A program made the position numbers and the translations under genes. The notes beneath the pieces were generated by a model. The model searched no databases. It saw only the letters and a program-made list of their open reading frames with translations, and was not told the DNA's origin. A stretch of 64,000 nt of DNA, taken from NCBI RefSeq assembly GCF_006345805.1, contig NC_043010.1, positions 24,056,001 to 24,120,000 on the forward strand, given 5' to 3'. Positions within the stretch are counted from its first letter, which is position 1, and every line of letters starts with the position of its first letter. Below, in pieces: positions 26,315 through 40,110 of this stretch. The stretch comes from Octopus sinensis (taxonomy: Eukaryota).

Positions 26315-28345
26315 ATAAGAGCTGGTCATCATCATGCAACTGCGAAAAGAAAGTGGACGAAATAAATTAATATGGCTGTAATAAAATGCTACTTCCTGGG
26401 TAATCCGAGAAATAATAAAGTACCCGCCAGGGGATAGAGGAAAAGAATGCACAGGGCAAGGAGAGATAGAGGCATATTTGAATTAAGTGATCAAAGTCTG
26501 CGTGATCAAGCGAGAGCCATCAGAAAGAATGAATGGTTATCTCCAGTTGAACTAGAAAGCATTAAGACACTGGTGCTTAGGGATGGTAAAACCAACAGTG
26601 AACGGAAGGATGAGGAAGAGAATGCAGATAGTGAAACTATAGCAGTGGAGTTAAGGGAAGAAAACAAACATGAGGCTAAGATTATGGATCAGGAAAGCGA
26701 TGAGAGAACCGAGGAACAGATATCCATTTTAAGTGAAATCGTTGATATTTGGACCTCTGATGAACAGAGGTTTCATACGGGGTTTAAAAAAGTAGACAGA
26801 AACTCAATGAATGATATCACTGATGATATCAGGAATGGCAACATCACAGACACCAACAATCTGATAAATGCAATCTCGATCTTTGTAGCCCGGAAGTTAA
26901 GTTTGAAAGCCAATGGTAAATGTAAACATCACCAGAAGGAACCATGGTGGAAAAAGAGAATACGCAGTCTATTAATGAGACCAGAAACCCTATTAATATT
27001 CTGGAACGGAAAAAGAGAAATGAAGTTCAGCGAGAGAAATATGTTGAGTTCGAGAGGAAGAGGAAGTATAGGGTGAAGAGAAAGGGAATCAACATTGTGA
27101 TTGAGGAATTAAAACAGAAGTTGAAAGCTAAAGCACATAAACTAAAGAGATATGAACAGAGAATTGAGCAGTACAGATTAAACAGACTTTATGAACAAAA
27201 TCAGAAACGAGTCAATCAGGAACTGGATTATTGGAAGGAAAAAGGTGGAAAAGCCGTGCCGGATGCTGAAGAAAGCAAAAGATTCTGGTCAAACATATGG
27301 TCTCAGGGGAAACAATACGAAACTGAAGCAGCGTGGTTAAAGACACTCAAAGAAGAGAGCGGAGCGTGTCAGCAGGAGGATTTGAGAATAACCGTGGAGA
27401 TGATTAGAGATCAGTGCAAGAAAATTCCTAACTGGAAAGCGCCTGGCCAAGATGGGATTCAGGGATTATGGCTTAAAAACTTGACAGCTCTGCACAGGAG
27501 TATTCTGAGAAAGATGAACAAAATACAGAGTAGTGACATCCTAGTACGGGCCTGCATGACAAAAGTCCCAAGTAAAGGGAATCCGGTTGAAAATTTCCGA
27601 CCAATATCTCGTTTGGCATTGATGAAGGGCATCATATCAAACAACATCTATAAGTACCTAGATGGGAACGAGGAACTACCAGTGGAACAAAAAGGATGTG
27701 CTCTGAGAAGGGAGAAAGTATAAGCCATATTGTTAGTGAGTGCTGTAAGCTCGCACAACTCGAATACAAAAGGACACACGACAATGTGGTTTGATATGTC
27801 CACTGGCTGTTGTTCGGTAAAGCAAACCTCGAGAGAGCTGAACAATGGTATAAACATAAGACAGAGGGGGTAATGGAAAACGAACACTGCAAAATACTCT
27901 GGGATTTTAACATGCAGTGCGACCAAGTCATAGAGGCGAGACGAACAGATACCGTGATCATTCATAAAGATTAAAAAGAAGTAAAGATAATAGATGTTGC
28001 AATACCAGGGGATTCCAGGGTGGAATGTAAGGAAAGAGAAAAGAGTGAGAAATACCAGTCACTGCGGGACGAGATAGGAAAGTTATGGAGCATGAGGAAA
28101 GTAATGGTGATACCAGTGGTAATTGGAGTAGTTTCCTAGGGCTATGAATATTGTAGCTGCTGTCAGGCTCAAGATGATCCAGAAGACAGCATTGTTGGGT
28201 ACAACTCGCATTCTAAGGAGAGTATTGTTCCTTTGAGTCACAGGAGAAGTCACTACTTGAATCTTTTGGGGGTTTGTTATTGTCAGCTTTCAAGTAAAGA
28301 ATAACCGGTAATTAAGACCTACCATAGAGTCTTTCATGACAGATA
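26315..28345 (+). mobile_element. Second R4/Dong-like LINE with large internal RT deletion
   Basis: RGYRKRMH..DQ.RAIRKNEWLS..ELE, ELKQKLKAKAHKL.RYEQR, NWKAPGQDGIQG.WLK, NFRPI, EQKGC, then RLE remnant (ILWDF..Q.D.VIEARR.D, IIDVAIPGD); ends near (AAT)n-like tract. Confidence 0.88.
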
Positions 28346-28630
28346 ATAACAATCGTAATAATAATATTAATAACAATAACGATGATGATGATGATGATGA
28401 TGTTGCATCCAGCATCGCTCGCAACATCCAGTACAGAGACCCAAACCATCACCACGGTGAAACGTACGGAGGAGCAAATGATATAAACTTGTTTTATCAT
28501 AATTTCTCCTCCCTACTTTGCACTGTATATCATAACCAGTAACACATCTAAGTATAATAGTTCCTTAAACATAATACTGGAAACAGACTGGATGCCGTTA
28601 GTCTACAAGGAATCCTAAACTCAACAGTAG

Positions 28631-28862
28631 CAGTTCTATATTTAAGAGATGAGGAATTATGAACATTATTTTCCCTTTTTTACATTATTTACATTTGGTG
28701 GATATTTGTTCTCATCTTGTTTTTTGCTAACACAACGTTTCGGCTGATATACCCTCCAACCTTCATCAGGTGTCTTCGGGAAATTTCGAACCTGGGTTCT
28801 TATTCCAAAGGTATTTTTCGATGCTGCTGCTGCTGCTGTTGTTGTCGTTGTTGTCGTTGTTG

Positions 28863-28934
<72 letters not shown>

Positions 28935-29005
28935 CATTTTCACTGCCTGGAATCGAACTCGGAATCTTGGGGTTAGTAGCCCGCGCTCTTAACCACTACG
29001 CCATA
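28631..29005 (-). mobile_element. tRNA-head / microsatellite / hammerhead SINE-like element, minus copy
   Basis: tRNA-like head 28940-29005, microsatellite, then PLE-type terminus with HHR at 28729-28774. Confidence 0.8.
28729..28774 (-). ncRNA. Minimal hammerhead ribozyme motif, intact
   Basis: Reverse complement GACAC-CUGAUGA-A-GGUUG..CAGCC-GAAA-CG-UU/GUGUU. Confidence 0.75.
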
Positions 29006-29036
29006 CGCCAGTGGTGGTTAAGAGAGCAGGCGTGGT

Positions 29037-29350
<314 letters not shown>

Positions 29351-29529
29351 AATAAAGTAAATAATGTTCAACAGTAACAGTCGTACACCTATTGATGCAC
29401 AAAAGATTCAATGAATAAAACAAGAAACGGAAGAGTTTGTACATCAATATAAATTCGATGCACAACAAGGCTTGTAACCAGAAGCAGATCGATACACAAA
29501 TAGTTGTACAAGCTGCATCTCCAGCCCGG

Positions 29530-29668
29530 CATAAGGAGCTTGCTTGCCAACCACGTGGTTCCTGGATAAGTCCCAATGAACGGTATCTCGGACAAGTGTT
29601 CCTTAATAAAACCTAGTATTGACCAAAGACTTGTGAGGGAATTTGGTAAACGGATACTAAAGAAGCCA

Positions 29669-29711
<43 letters not shown>

Positions 29712-29910
29712 GTGTTTGTTTTCTGCCACCGCTTGACAACCGGTATCTGTGTGCTTCCGTCTCCGAACTTAGCGGTTCAGTATAAGAGAACGGTAGAATG
29801 AGAACCGGGTTTAGAAAAAAACAGTAACTGGAGTAATTCATTCGATTAAATGTTCTTCAAAATGGTGCTCCAGTATGGCCGCAATTTAATGGCTGAAAAA
29901 ATTAAAAGAC
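29530..29910 (+). mobile_element. SINE family C, degraded head plus tail
   Basis: cttgcttgccaaccacgtggttcc..; tail accgcttgacaaccgg..cttagcggttc..ggtgctccagtatggccgca. Confidence 0.65.
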
Positions 29911-30214
29911 AAAAGGGGAAAAGCCAATGAGACACCCTCTTCGGGGTCACTAATTCTGCTAGAAATAGCAACCAAATGTCACACGAAATGAAGCCACACA
30001 GTGCTTATATATAAAGTACAAGCACTAAACATGGTGATTTAGTGCGAAAAAGAGACATTTAATAAAGAACACTTAATAAAGATGGGGTGGGCATGGCTGG
30101 AATATCTTTGAACATAGATTTGCTTAACCGAGGTTGGCCTGGGTGTATAAACAATACACATATACACACGGAATATGCACACGTACACACGGAGGATACA
30201 TACACACATGTGCG

Positions 30215-30745
30215 TGCTCTCTCACACACACACACATGCTTTTTTTTGTGTGACCTCCTTCGGTCACGAATGACCATGGAATTGCACCTAGAAAGTTACC
30301 TTCCGAGGTACAAGTCTGGGCAAGGTTGTTTATGGAAGACCAGCAGTCGCCCACGCATACCAGCCTCCCCTCTCCACACCACCGATGTTATCCAAGGGAA
30401 AGGCAAAGGCCGATACAGCTTGGCACCATTGACGTCGCAGCTCATTTATTAACGTGCACTCCACAGACACGTGTACCCTTAACGTAGTTCTCGAAGAGAT
30501 TCGGCGTGACACAGAGTGTGACAAGGCTGGCCCTTTGAAATACAGGTACAACAGAAACAGGAAGAAAGAGTGAGAGAAAGATGTGAAAAAGTACAACAGG
30601 GTTCACCACCACCCCCTGCCGGAGCCTCGTGGAGCTTTAGGTGTTTTCGCTCAATAAACACTCACAATGCCCGGTCTGGGAATCAAAACCGCAATCCTAC
30701 GACCGCGAGTCCACTGCCCTAACCACTGGGCCATTGCGCCGCCAC
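30215..30745 (-). mobile_element. SINE family B (30455-30745) joined to family D repeat (30215-30455)
   Basis: B head reverse complement at 30670-30745; D segment gaagaccagcagtcgccc..ccaagggaaaggca also at 51925-52010. Confidence 0.75.
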
Positions 30746-31528
30746 AACACACACACGCACACACACACACACATACTAATTATTACATATATGTCAAGGC
30801 ACACACACACACACATACTAATTATTACATATATGTCAAGGCACACACACATATACGCAAAGCACAAGTACATACATACGCACACATCCAAACACATATT
30901 CACTCACACACACTCACAGATACGCACTGAAATCAAAGAAAGAGCCGCAAGTGTTCTCTTAACATGCTGAAAATAACAGCCAAATTTCTCTCAAATCACA
31001 CACCATAATAGACAAAAGAAAAAAAAAACATTAGATAATGCTGTCCTACTTTTCTCTGCCCCTCCGCACTATACAGTCGATTTGGTCACGGCTGGAATGC
31101 TTTGATCATAGATGTGTTAGATCAGAGCTAACTTTCGGCTAAACAATAACTCGAACCAATCTTGTGCCAAATCTGTGACAATTCGATTGTCAGAATGTCC
31201 TAAGAATGAAGAGGTCACAGACAACCAAACACTTTATGACAAACGTTCAGGAATAATGGCTTTTTTCCTCGTTCTTTTCTTTCAGACATATCTCTATCAT
31301 ATCCCAAAGTACTTTCCATCTCATTCCTTCTCTCACCCACCCTCTCTTTCTCCCTCCCTCTCTCTCTCTCTCTCACACACACACCATTTCACACTGTTGC
31401 TTACTTTTTTCTTTTTCTTCTTTTAACGTGTAATTCTTCCCTTTGTCGCTCTTTCACTCACTCTCTCTTTCTCTGTTTCTTCCTTTCTCTCTCTCTCTCG
31501 TAGTTTTTTCTATTCGTATATATGCGTA

Positions 31529-31573
<45 letters not shown>

Positions 31574-31920
31574 CTTTCTTTCTCCTACTATCTATTTCTG
31601 CCCCTCTTTCTCTATCTACGACTACTTTTAAAATAACTACCACCAGAACTACTACTACCACCACCAACACCTCGTCTCCCACCACCCCTTTCCAGTATAT
31701 TGATCTCGTCTTTTGGTCATTCTTCAGATGTTATTTAAGCAATATCCTGCTCTATACGGGCATCCATTGTATACAAATGACTTCACACACACAAACACAA
31801 GCACACACTCACGTACACAAATGCGCACACATACAAATACACAAAAGCACATACACATACATACATAAATGAATATATAAACATATATGCACATATATGT
31901 ATAATATTCATATATACACA

Positions 31921-32240
<320 letters not shown>

Positions 32241-32666
32241 AGAGAGAGTGAGAGAGAACGTGAGGGAGATAGATACACGCATGTACCTTAGGCACTTGTG
32301 ATCTATCTATATTCTTACATGTAATGGTATCTAGCTACATCTGTTTGCCCCACCACTTCCCTCCACACTCTCTTCTTTTTCTATATAAGTGTATCTCCGT
32401 TTGTGTATATGCGCGCGCGCGTGTGTGTGTGTAAGAGTACATGTATATTTGTAATTGCACATGTGTGTGTCTGTGTAAGAATAGATTGTTTACGCGTTCC
32501 CAAGAAGTTTTGGCCATTAACTCAACGATCTTGCCCTTAGATGAGTCACCAACGAAGCTCACCTTCTTCAATAATTACAAAGAAACCTGTTTATTGTGTT
32601 TCTGGCTCTCTTGACTGGAGGATGGATAAATGTTTAAAGTGTTAGTAATGCAGATAATAGCAGAGA

Positions 32667-32742
<76 letters not shown>

Positions 32743-33109
32743 TATAGTGCGGGTGGTAATGGTGGTGGGTGATGGTCGTGGTATTATAAGCTACTGTTTA
32801 GCCTTAGGTCATCCTTCAAGAGGAAGGAAGTCCAGCTGTGACCAGCCTTATCTTTATTTCTTTTTCTTTTTTATGGACATTGTGTATCAAGGACTGCATC
32901 GTTCAATGTTTTTTGTTTACTTTATTTTAAGAGGATTTTAACATGGTTTGAAGGAGATTTTTTTCTATTTACTATGTACTGTAACAAAAAGGGCCTACTT
33001 CATTGGCTCAAAATAATTGTTTCCGATTCAGTCCGGCAATATTTTTTCTTTCTTTCAGAGAAATATGAACGGCAATGTTGATCTCACTTTTGTATAGAAC
33101 AGGCCGAGG

Positions 33110-33254
33110 TTGTAGTCTATCTTATTATTAGCTGTGTTGTAAGAAGTTTGCTTCCCAACAAGCATCTTGGGCAACTGTTTTCCGCTACAACCTCGGGCAG
33201 ACCACAGCTTTGTGAGTGGGTATGGTACAAAGCAACTGAAAGAAACCCGTCGTA

Positions 33255-33305
<51 letters not shown>

Positions 33306-33900
33306 GTGTGTCTGTGTGTGTCTGTGTGTCTGTGTGTGTATGTGTGTGTGTTAGCGTCGAAGTTGACGTTGCTTTTCATCCTTTTGGAGTCGATAAGAAA
33401 AGTATCCGTTGAACACTAGGGCCGATGCAATTGAATGACCCCTCCCACTCCAATGAAATTGCTGGCCTTGTGCCAAAATTTGAAACCAATATTAGTTGGT
33501 AGAGTCATTAGAGCAGTATGTGTTGTAGATCTTTATATTCTGAGCTCGAATTCTATCAATGTCAGCCCTGCCTTTTAACTTTTTCAGGGTCGATAAACTA
33601 AAATACTCCTCAAGTACTGCTGTATATTTTATCCAACATATATTTATGTATGCGTGCATACCATATTTTATTGTCACTTAAGGCAGTAGAATGGTAGAAT
33701 CATTACCATACCAGACACAATGCTTATCAGCAAGGCATCTGTACGTTTTGAGTTCAAATTCCACTGAGGTCGCATTGGCTATTCATCATTTTCAGTTTGG
33801 TAACATAAGTAACAGTCGAGCATTAGGGTCGATGTAATCGCCTTTCCCCACCTCTCAAGATTTCTGGCTTGTGCTAAAATTTGAAGCCATTTTTTTTATT
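33110..33900. mobile_element. Cluster of degraded SINE C and A fragments
   Basis: Family C head 33110-33250; family A cores at ~33350-33495, ~33505-33625 (minus) and ~33680-33900. Confidence 0.65.
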
Positions 33901-34121
33901 GTTACTTATTTTCTGCGTAAATGAAGGGTTAAGAGGAAGCTGAATGCAGCGAGATTTGATCTTAGAAAGTGAAACGACCAACAAATTATGGCGTACATGT
34001 AGCGGAGTAAGTCGTGGCCTTTGTTATTATTCATGTCTTTGGAACCTATAATTGTAACTTGAATATAGAGCTACTTTTAATTTCAGTAAAAAGAAAGATT
34101 CATTAATGGGTAATTTTGCAG

Positions 34122-34284
34122 GATGGACATTCGCCCGCTGACATTCGTTGACGCTGCAGTGAAGAAACCAAAGAAGAAAAGGCCAAAGAAAAAGGGACAA
34201 AGACAAAACGCACGCAACACCAAAGCTGAAGACACCTCCGAAAGTATGATGGGGAACGGCACGTCGAAAAAGGTTGAGGAGTAG
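34122..34284 (+). CDS. Candidate isolated coding exon with a basic K/R cluster (unknown protein)
   Basis: ttttgcag acceptor, open frame MDIRPLTFVDAAVKKPKKKRPKKKGQRQNARNTKAEDTSE(SMMGNGTSKKVEE*), possible donor AAA|GTATGA at 34243/34244; locally higher GC. Confidence 0.3.
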
Positions 34285-34668
34285 GGGCTGAAACCGGACG
34301 TGTCTCTTGATGATATCTTTAGCCACTGGATCCTATAAAGATAGCGAATTACAAAATGTGGTGGGAATTGCTCACAGGAACTAGGCTAAAAGTTACCTTG
34401 GGCATTAAGAGGGAAATATCGACTTCTGTATTAAACTGGTGCGTATTTTAAAAAATCCTGAGAGACGAAAGATGAAACGGATCTGATTAACATTTGAACT
34501 AAGCAGAAAAATTACTATCAATAAATATCGCCATGTCTCTCATCTCTTTCCTACGAAGAGAGCATAGACTCAAAACGTCAACGACATTTCCAATCTTCCT
34601 GGGCGTCAAATGAATACACCTGATTGTTGTTCCTTCACCTGTTTTTGACTGTTTTGTATGCATTTGAA

Positions 34669-34721
<53 letters not shown>

Positions 34722-34819
34722 GGAGTAAACACATAAATGTGAAACAAGGTGGAAAAAAGAGTACTCAAATACCAGTGGTAGAGTTATATGCTTTATTTAA
34801 AGCAGCTGCTTTAAATAAA

Positions 34820-34900
<81 letters not shown>

Positions 34901-35006
34901 TATATACATACATATATTTGTCGCATTTTCCATTTTCTCTCGTTGTTTGCGTATTTAACACGTTTTAGTACTTCATGTTATTTACACAGTTGGTGATGTC
35001 CTGTAC

Positions 35007-35055
<49 letters not shown>

Positions 35056-35076
35056 TATGTATGTGCATATATATAT

Positions 35077-35127
<51 letters not shown>

Positions 35128-35653
35128 TATATTATTATTATGGCTAACGAATAATTGTCATATATTACATTTACATATAAATATATATATACAATATTTA
35201 TGACTAGATGCGTTAAGCAGTAACCAAAAGGAAAATAAATTATTTGATACCAATGCGTATATCTCTGAGCGTAACTGAATCAACCCTCAAAAAGGCCTTT
35301 CACTGTAGTTCGTGATGTAAAACAGATCTTCATTAATGGATCCAACCATTTTAACATCTGGGCTTGATCAAAATCCTGGCCCAGAAAAAGAAAAGTAAAA
35401 CAACAATTAGCTTTTTTTTAAAAATATACATTCATTTTGTAGGGGCCGCCTGAGGTAAACTTCATGGTCCCATGCGGCCCTGGCAGCCGCGGTTGAGAAA
35501 AGTAGTTCCAGAAATTAAAATGCATCAAACCACAATGGTCAATTCTTCAGAGCACCCCGTCTGAACTGGTGTATATATATATTTCGAAGCAGTTACCTTC
35601 TCATCAGTGTGCGTATAAAACAATTTTCACCCATCTACATATATATATACATG

Positions 35654-35690
<37 letters not shown>

Positions 35691-35786
35691 GTGTGTGTGT
35701 GTGTGTTTGTACATATACATATATACGTACATATATATATATATATTATACATACATATATATATACATATATATATATATATAGG

Positions 35787-35820
<34 letters not shown>

Positions 35821-35867
35821 ATTGATAGATAGATACATACATACATATTCATATATGTACATACATC

Positions 35868-35918
<51 letters not shown>

Positions 35919-37514
35919 GCATACGCGCACAAACGCACTCACATATGTGTATGTGTATATTTATGTTTGTATGTATATATTTACCAACAAATGCTTCAAA
36001 ATATGCGATAAAATACATAGAGGGTATTGTGCTGCATTCAGGCCTGAAGATCTTTAAAAGGGGACATAAATAGATACTTGCGGCGATGAGGAGGAAGGCA
36101 GATATGGTAGGAGCTTATCTATTCACATTCTAACTATTAGCTTATATTGGCATGTGTCCAGAAAAATAATAGGGTTCAAAGGAGAGTGTATATACATAGA
36201 TATGTACGTGTGTGAGTATGCGTGTGTCTGTATGTGTGTCTGGGTGTGCGTGTGTGTATGCGTGCGTGCGCGTGTGTGTAATAGTGTGTCTAATTTCCTT
36301 GATGGCCATATTGCATTGTCAAACTGATAAGTTGCTGTTCGCTTATTTGAAAGTAAATATTATACCTGACTCAACACGGCACAGTAAAGGGGACGAAAGC
36401 AAGGGGTGTAGAGAGAGGAAGAGAGCGACAGAGAAAGAGACAGAGATAAAGAGAGGAAGAGAGCGACAGAGAAGGAGACAGAGATAAAGAGAGAGAGAGG
36501 GGGAGATGGAGAGTCATCGAACTTGCAAGATATGTAAAGTGAGGGACACTGAGCGAGGAGATGAGAGGCGATGGCCTATTATATCAATTGTATATATATA
36601 TAACAAAAATTTTACAAATAAAACGTATGCATACATACGTATATGTACATACCTACATCTATATGTATATATATACATGCATATATATATATATATATGT
36701 GAGTACAGGACACCACAAATAAACGTAGAACACAACGATGTATATATATATGTTTATTTATTCATTCTGAATGTCAAAGTATAATATTGGCTAAGGCACA
36801 ACTGACTGATAACCTAAGATTTCATATAAACAGGCGCGAGATTTTTATCAATTTGGTTCAATAGAAAGATTATATGCCATTCCAATCGCTTTCCATAATT
36901 AAGAGAAACGAAGGGTAGTCGCCATTTAGTAGTAGGCGTTTATTTTCTATCGGGCATCGGTTATGTATGTATTGGGGAAAAAAGGGTATCTTGTGCTCCT
37001 TTATACGTCTTAGCCATCGAGCTGTGGCTCTGCTCGGGGCACCACACTATTATTATTTCTAAACTTTTACTGATCTTTTGTCTTTGGTTGGTGTTAGGTG
37101 AATGTGGCTGTACGATAATTCTACCCTCATTTGCTATTTTCAAAATATTTTCTAAACATATTCATTTGCAAATCATAGTAACTGAAGTTGAATATTTTGA
37201 TATTCTGGTGTGTCTGGGGAGAGTCATTCTCTTATGGTGCCTTATAATTTAACACACTCACCGGTAAAATTTCCACTTGTTTATTTTTATTTTTCTAAAA
37301 TTTTCATTGTGTTTTGCAACCTTTACAATAATATTGTTATTTTGTTAGTCTGATTTTTATTTAGCGATTCCACGACAAATCCCCCTGCATCTTTGCTTTG
37401 CGTGGCTTGTGCACTTTCAGTGATCTGTGTAATGTACGTGTAGCGCTTAGTGCAGTTGGAAATAATTACCAAATATATAAATATCTTACAGCAACATAAA
37501 CAGTAGCAAGAACA

Positions 37515-37532
37515 TCAACAACAACAACGACG

Positions 37533-37597
<65 letters not shown>

Positions 37598-37598
37598 G

Positions 37599-37630
<32 letters not shown>

Positions 37631-37633
37631 GAC
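37515..37633. repeat. (CAA)n/(CTA)n microsatellite
   Basis: Direct sequence. Confidence 0.95.
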
Positions 37634-38084
37634 TAAACTCATTTTCAAGCAAAAATACAAATAATCATGGTCGTTACAATAATCTCCGTCCATTTTCCTA
37701 TCAACTAACTAAAGTATCGACCCCTTATAGCATATACATACATATAAACATATTGTGTTGTGCATGTACGTATGTACGTACGTACGTAAGTACGTATGTG
37801 TGTGTTTGCATGGGGGTGATGCGTGTGTGTGTAACGTACCTATTCATTCCTTATACATTTTGGCACATTCAGCAATATTGTTTTCGTCATCGGAGAACAT
37901 CTCCCTCTATATAATGTTTCTCTTTTTGTTTTTTTTTCCTAACACGCTCGATTTATCAGTGCAAGAGTACTGTGTGACACTGTGATGTTTGGACCTTATT
38001 GTATGATTCCTTAAATTTCACGTGTGTACGAGTACTTGCTTATAGGATACAGCGATCCAAATACTTGCCGATGAATGCAGATGA

Positions 38085-38435
38085 ATCTCTTTTACTCTTT
38101 TTAATTTGTTTCAGGCTTTTGACTGCGGCCATGCTGGAGCACCGCCTTTAGTCGAGCAAATCGACCCCGGGACTTATTCTTTGCAAGCCCAGTACTTATT
38201 CTATCGGTCACTTTTTGCCGAACCGCTAGATTACGAGGGCGTAAACACACCAGCATCGGTTGTCAAGCAATGCAAGCGGGACAAACACAAGCACATATAT
38301 ATACATATATACGACGGGTTTTGATCGACCCGAGGCTATAGTAGAAGACACCTGGCCAAGGTGCCACGCAGTGGGATTGAACCTGGAACCAAGTGGTTGG
38401 TAAGCAAGCTACTTGCCACACAGCCACTCCTACTA
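38085..38435 (-). mobile_element. SINE family C, near full length
   Basis: Same head, core and tail as 24180-24510 and 49420-49760. Confidence 0.85.
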
Positions 38436-38737
38436 ATGACTCTGAAACAGATATTAATACATGCACGCAGAAACAGCGAGAGTCCAAATGATATTGAATC
38501 CATTAATTTTTAAAACGTTCTGGCAGATTCGAAGGTAAATATGCTGATCGCTGTTGTTTTCCGCCGTCGGAGAATAAATAGCTTCGTTACGGTATGTATC
38601 CTCGCTGTTCTGAATGCACTCCATACAATATATATATATATAAATATATACAAATGTGTGCGCGTGTGTGTATGTGTTTATTTATATAACTTGTATAGGC
38701 GTTGACAAACCAAAGAATGTGGTACTCTGTACATTTG

Positions 38738-38947
38738 CAGTTCTATATTTAAGAGATGAGGAATTATGTACATTATTTACGTTATTCACATTATTTACAT
38801 TTGACGGATATTTGTCCTCATCTTTGTTGTTAACACAACATTTCAGCTGATATACCCTCCAGCCTTCATCAGGTGTCTTGGGGGAAATTTCGAGCCTGGG
38901 TTTTCATTCCTAAGGTATTTTTCGCTGTTATTATTATTATTATTATT

Positions 38948-38984
<37 letters not shown>

Positions 38985-39086
38985 TCGTTGCTGTTGTTCT
39001 TGTTCTTATTATTATTCAGATCACTGCCTGGAATCAAACTCGGAATCTTGGGGTTAGTAGCCCGTGCTCTTCACCACTAAGCCATA
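38738..39086 (-). mobile_element. tRNA-head / microsatellite / hammerhead element, minus copy
   Basis: Head 39020-39086, (ATT/GTT)n, HHR 38832-38877 with stem III ACGU changed to AUGU. Confidence 0.8.
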
Positions 39087-39112
39087 TGACTACAGGCAAT
39101 TAAGGAGTGAAT

Positions 39113-39144
39113 TTCCGGCAGTGACCTGAATAATAATAATAATA

Positions 39145-39177
<33 letters not shown>

Positions 39178-39455
39178 GAAGAAGAAGAAGAAGAAGAAGA
39201 AGAGAAGAAGAAGAAGAGAAGAAGAAGAAGAAAAGAAGAAGAAGAAGAGAAGAAGAAGAAGAAGAAGAAGAAGAAGAAGAAGAAGAAGAAGAAGAAGAAG
39301 AGAAGAAGATCGAAAAATACCTTAGGAATGAGAACCCAGGTTCGAAATTCCCCCAAGACACCTGATGAAGGCTGGAGGGTATACCAGCCGAAACGTTGTG
39401 TTAACAACAACCTAGATGAGGACAAATATCTGTCAAATGTAAATAATGTAAATAA
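39113..39455 (+). mobile_element. Same element, plus copy with the head mostly truncated
   Basis: ggcagtgacc-(AAT)n(GAA)n-cgaaaaataccttaggaatgagaacccaggttcgaaattccccc-HHR-gatgaggacaaatatc. Confidence 0.8.
39357..39402 (+). ncRNA. Minimal hammerhead ribozyme motif, intact
   Basis: GACAC-CUGAUGA-A-GGCUGG(AGGGUAUA)CCAGCC-GAAA-CG-UU/GUGUU; predicted cut after 39397. Confidence 0.78.
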
Positions 39456-39489
39456 TCGGTAGACTTGGTTTGAGTTATTCAAAATTGGT

Positions 39490-40110
39490 TTCAAATTTTA
39501 GCACTAGGCCAGCATATCCGAAGGATGGTGATAGCTGAGTACATAACCTCAGTGCTCAACTGGTAGTTATCGGCCCCGAAATGATGAATGGCAAAATCGA
39601 ACTCAGCAGAATTTCAACTCAGAACGTAATGACGGACGAAATGCCCGCTAAGCATTTTTTTCCGGCGTGCGAACTGTTTGTTGTGTCTCCGTTTTGGAGT
39701 TATTCAATATTTATTTCTTTATTGCCCACAAGGGGCTAAACAGAGAGGGGACAAGCAAAGTGTATTAAGTCGATCACATCGACCCCAGTGCGTAACTGGT
39801 ACTTATTTAATCGGCCCCGAAAAGATAAAAGGCAAAGTCGACCTCAGCGGAGTTTAGACTCAGAACGTAACAGCAGACGAAATACCTATTTCTTTACTAC
39901 CCACAAGGGGCTAAACACAGAGGGGACAAATAAGGACATACAATCGGATTGAGTTGATTACATCGACCCCAGTGCGTAACTGGTAACTTAATTTATCGAC
40001 CCCGAAAGGGTGAAAGGCAAAGTCGACCTCGGCGGAATTTGAACTCAGAACGTAGCGGCAGACAAAATACCGCTAAGCATATTGCTCGGCGTGCTAACGA
40101 TTCTCCCAGC
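39490..40110 (-). mobile_element. Tandem SINE family A array (three units; two with the Tx1-like tail)
   Basis: Cores repeated at ~39550-39620, 39790-39860 and 39990-40060; tails at 39713-39755 and 39888-39935. Confidence 0.85.

Noticed and set aside
30761-30850. ~40-bp tandem duplication between (CA)n runs
   Set aside because: Ordinary slippage between flanking microsatellites.
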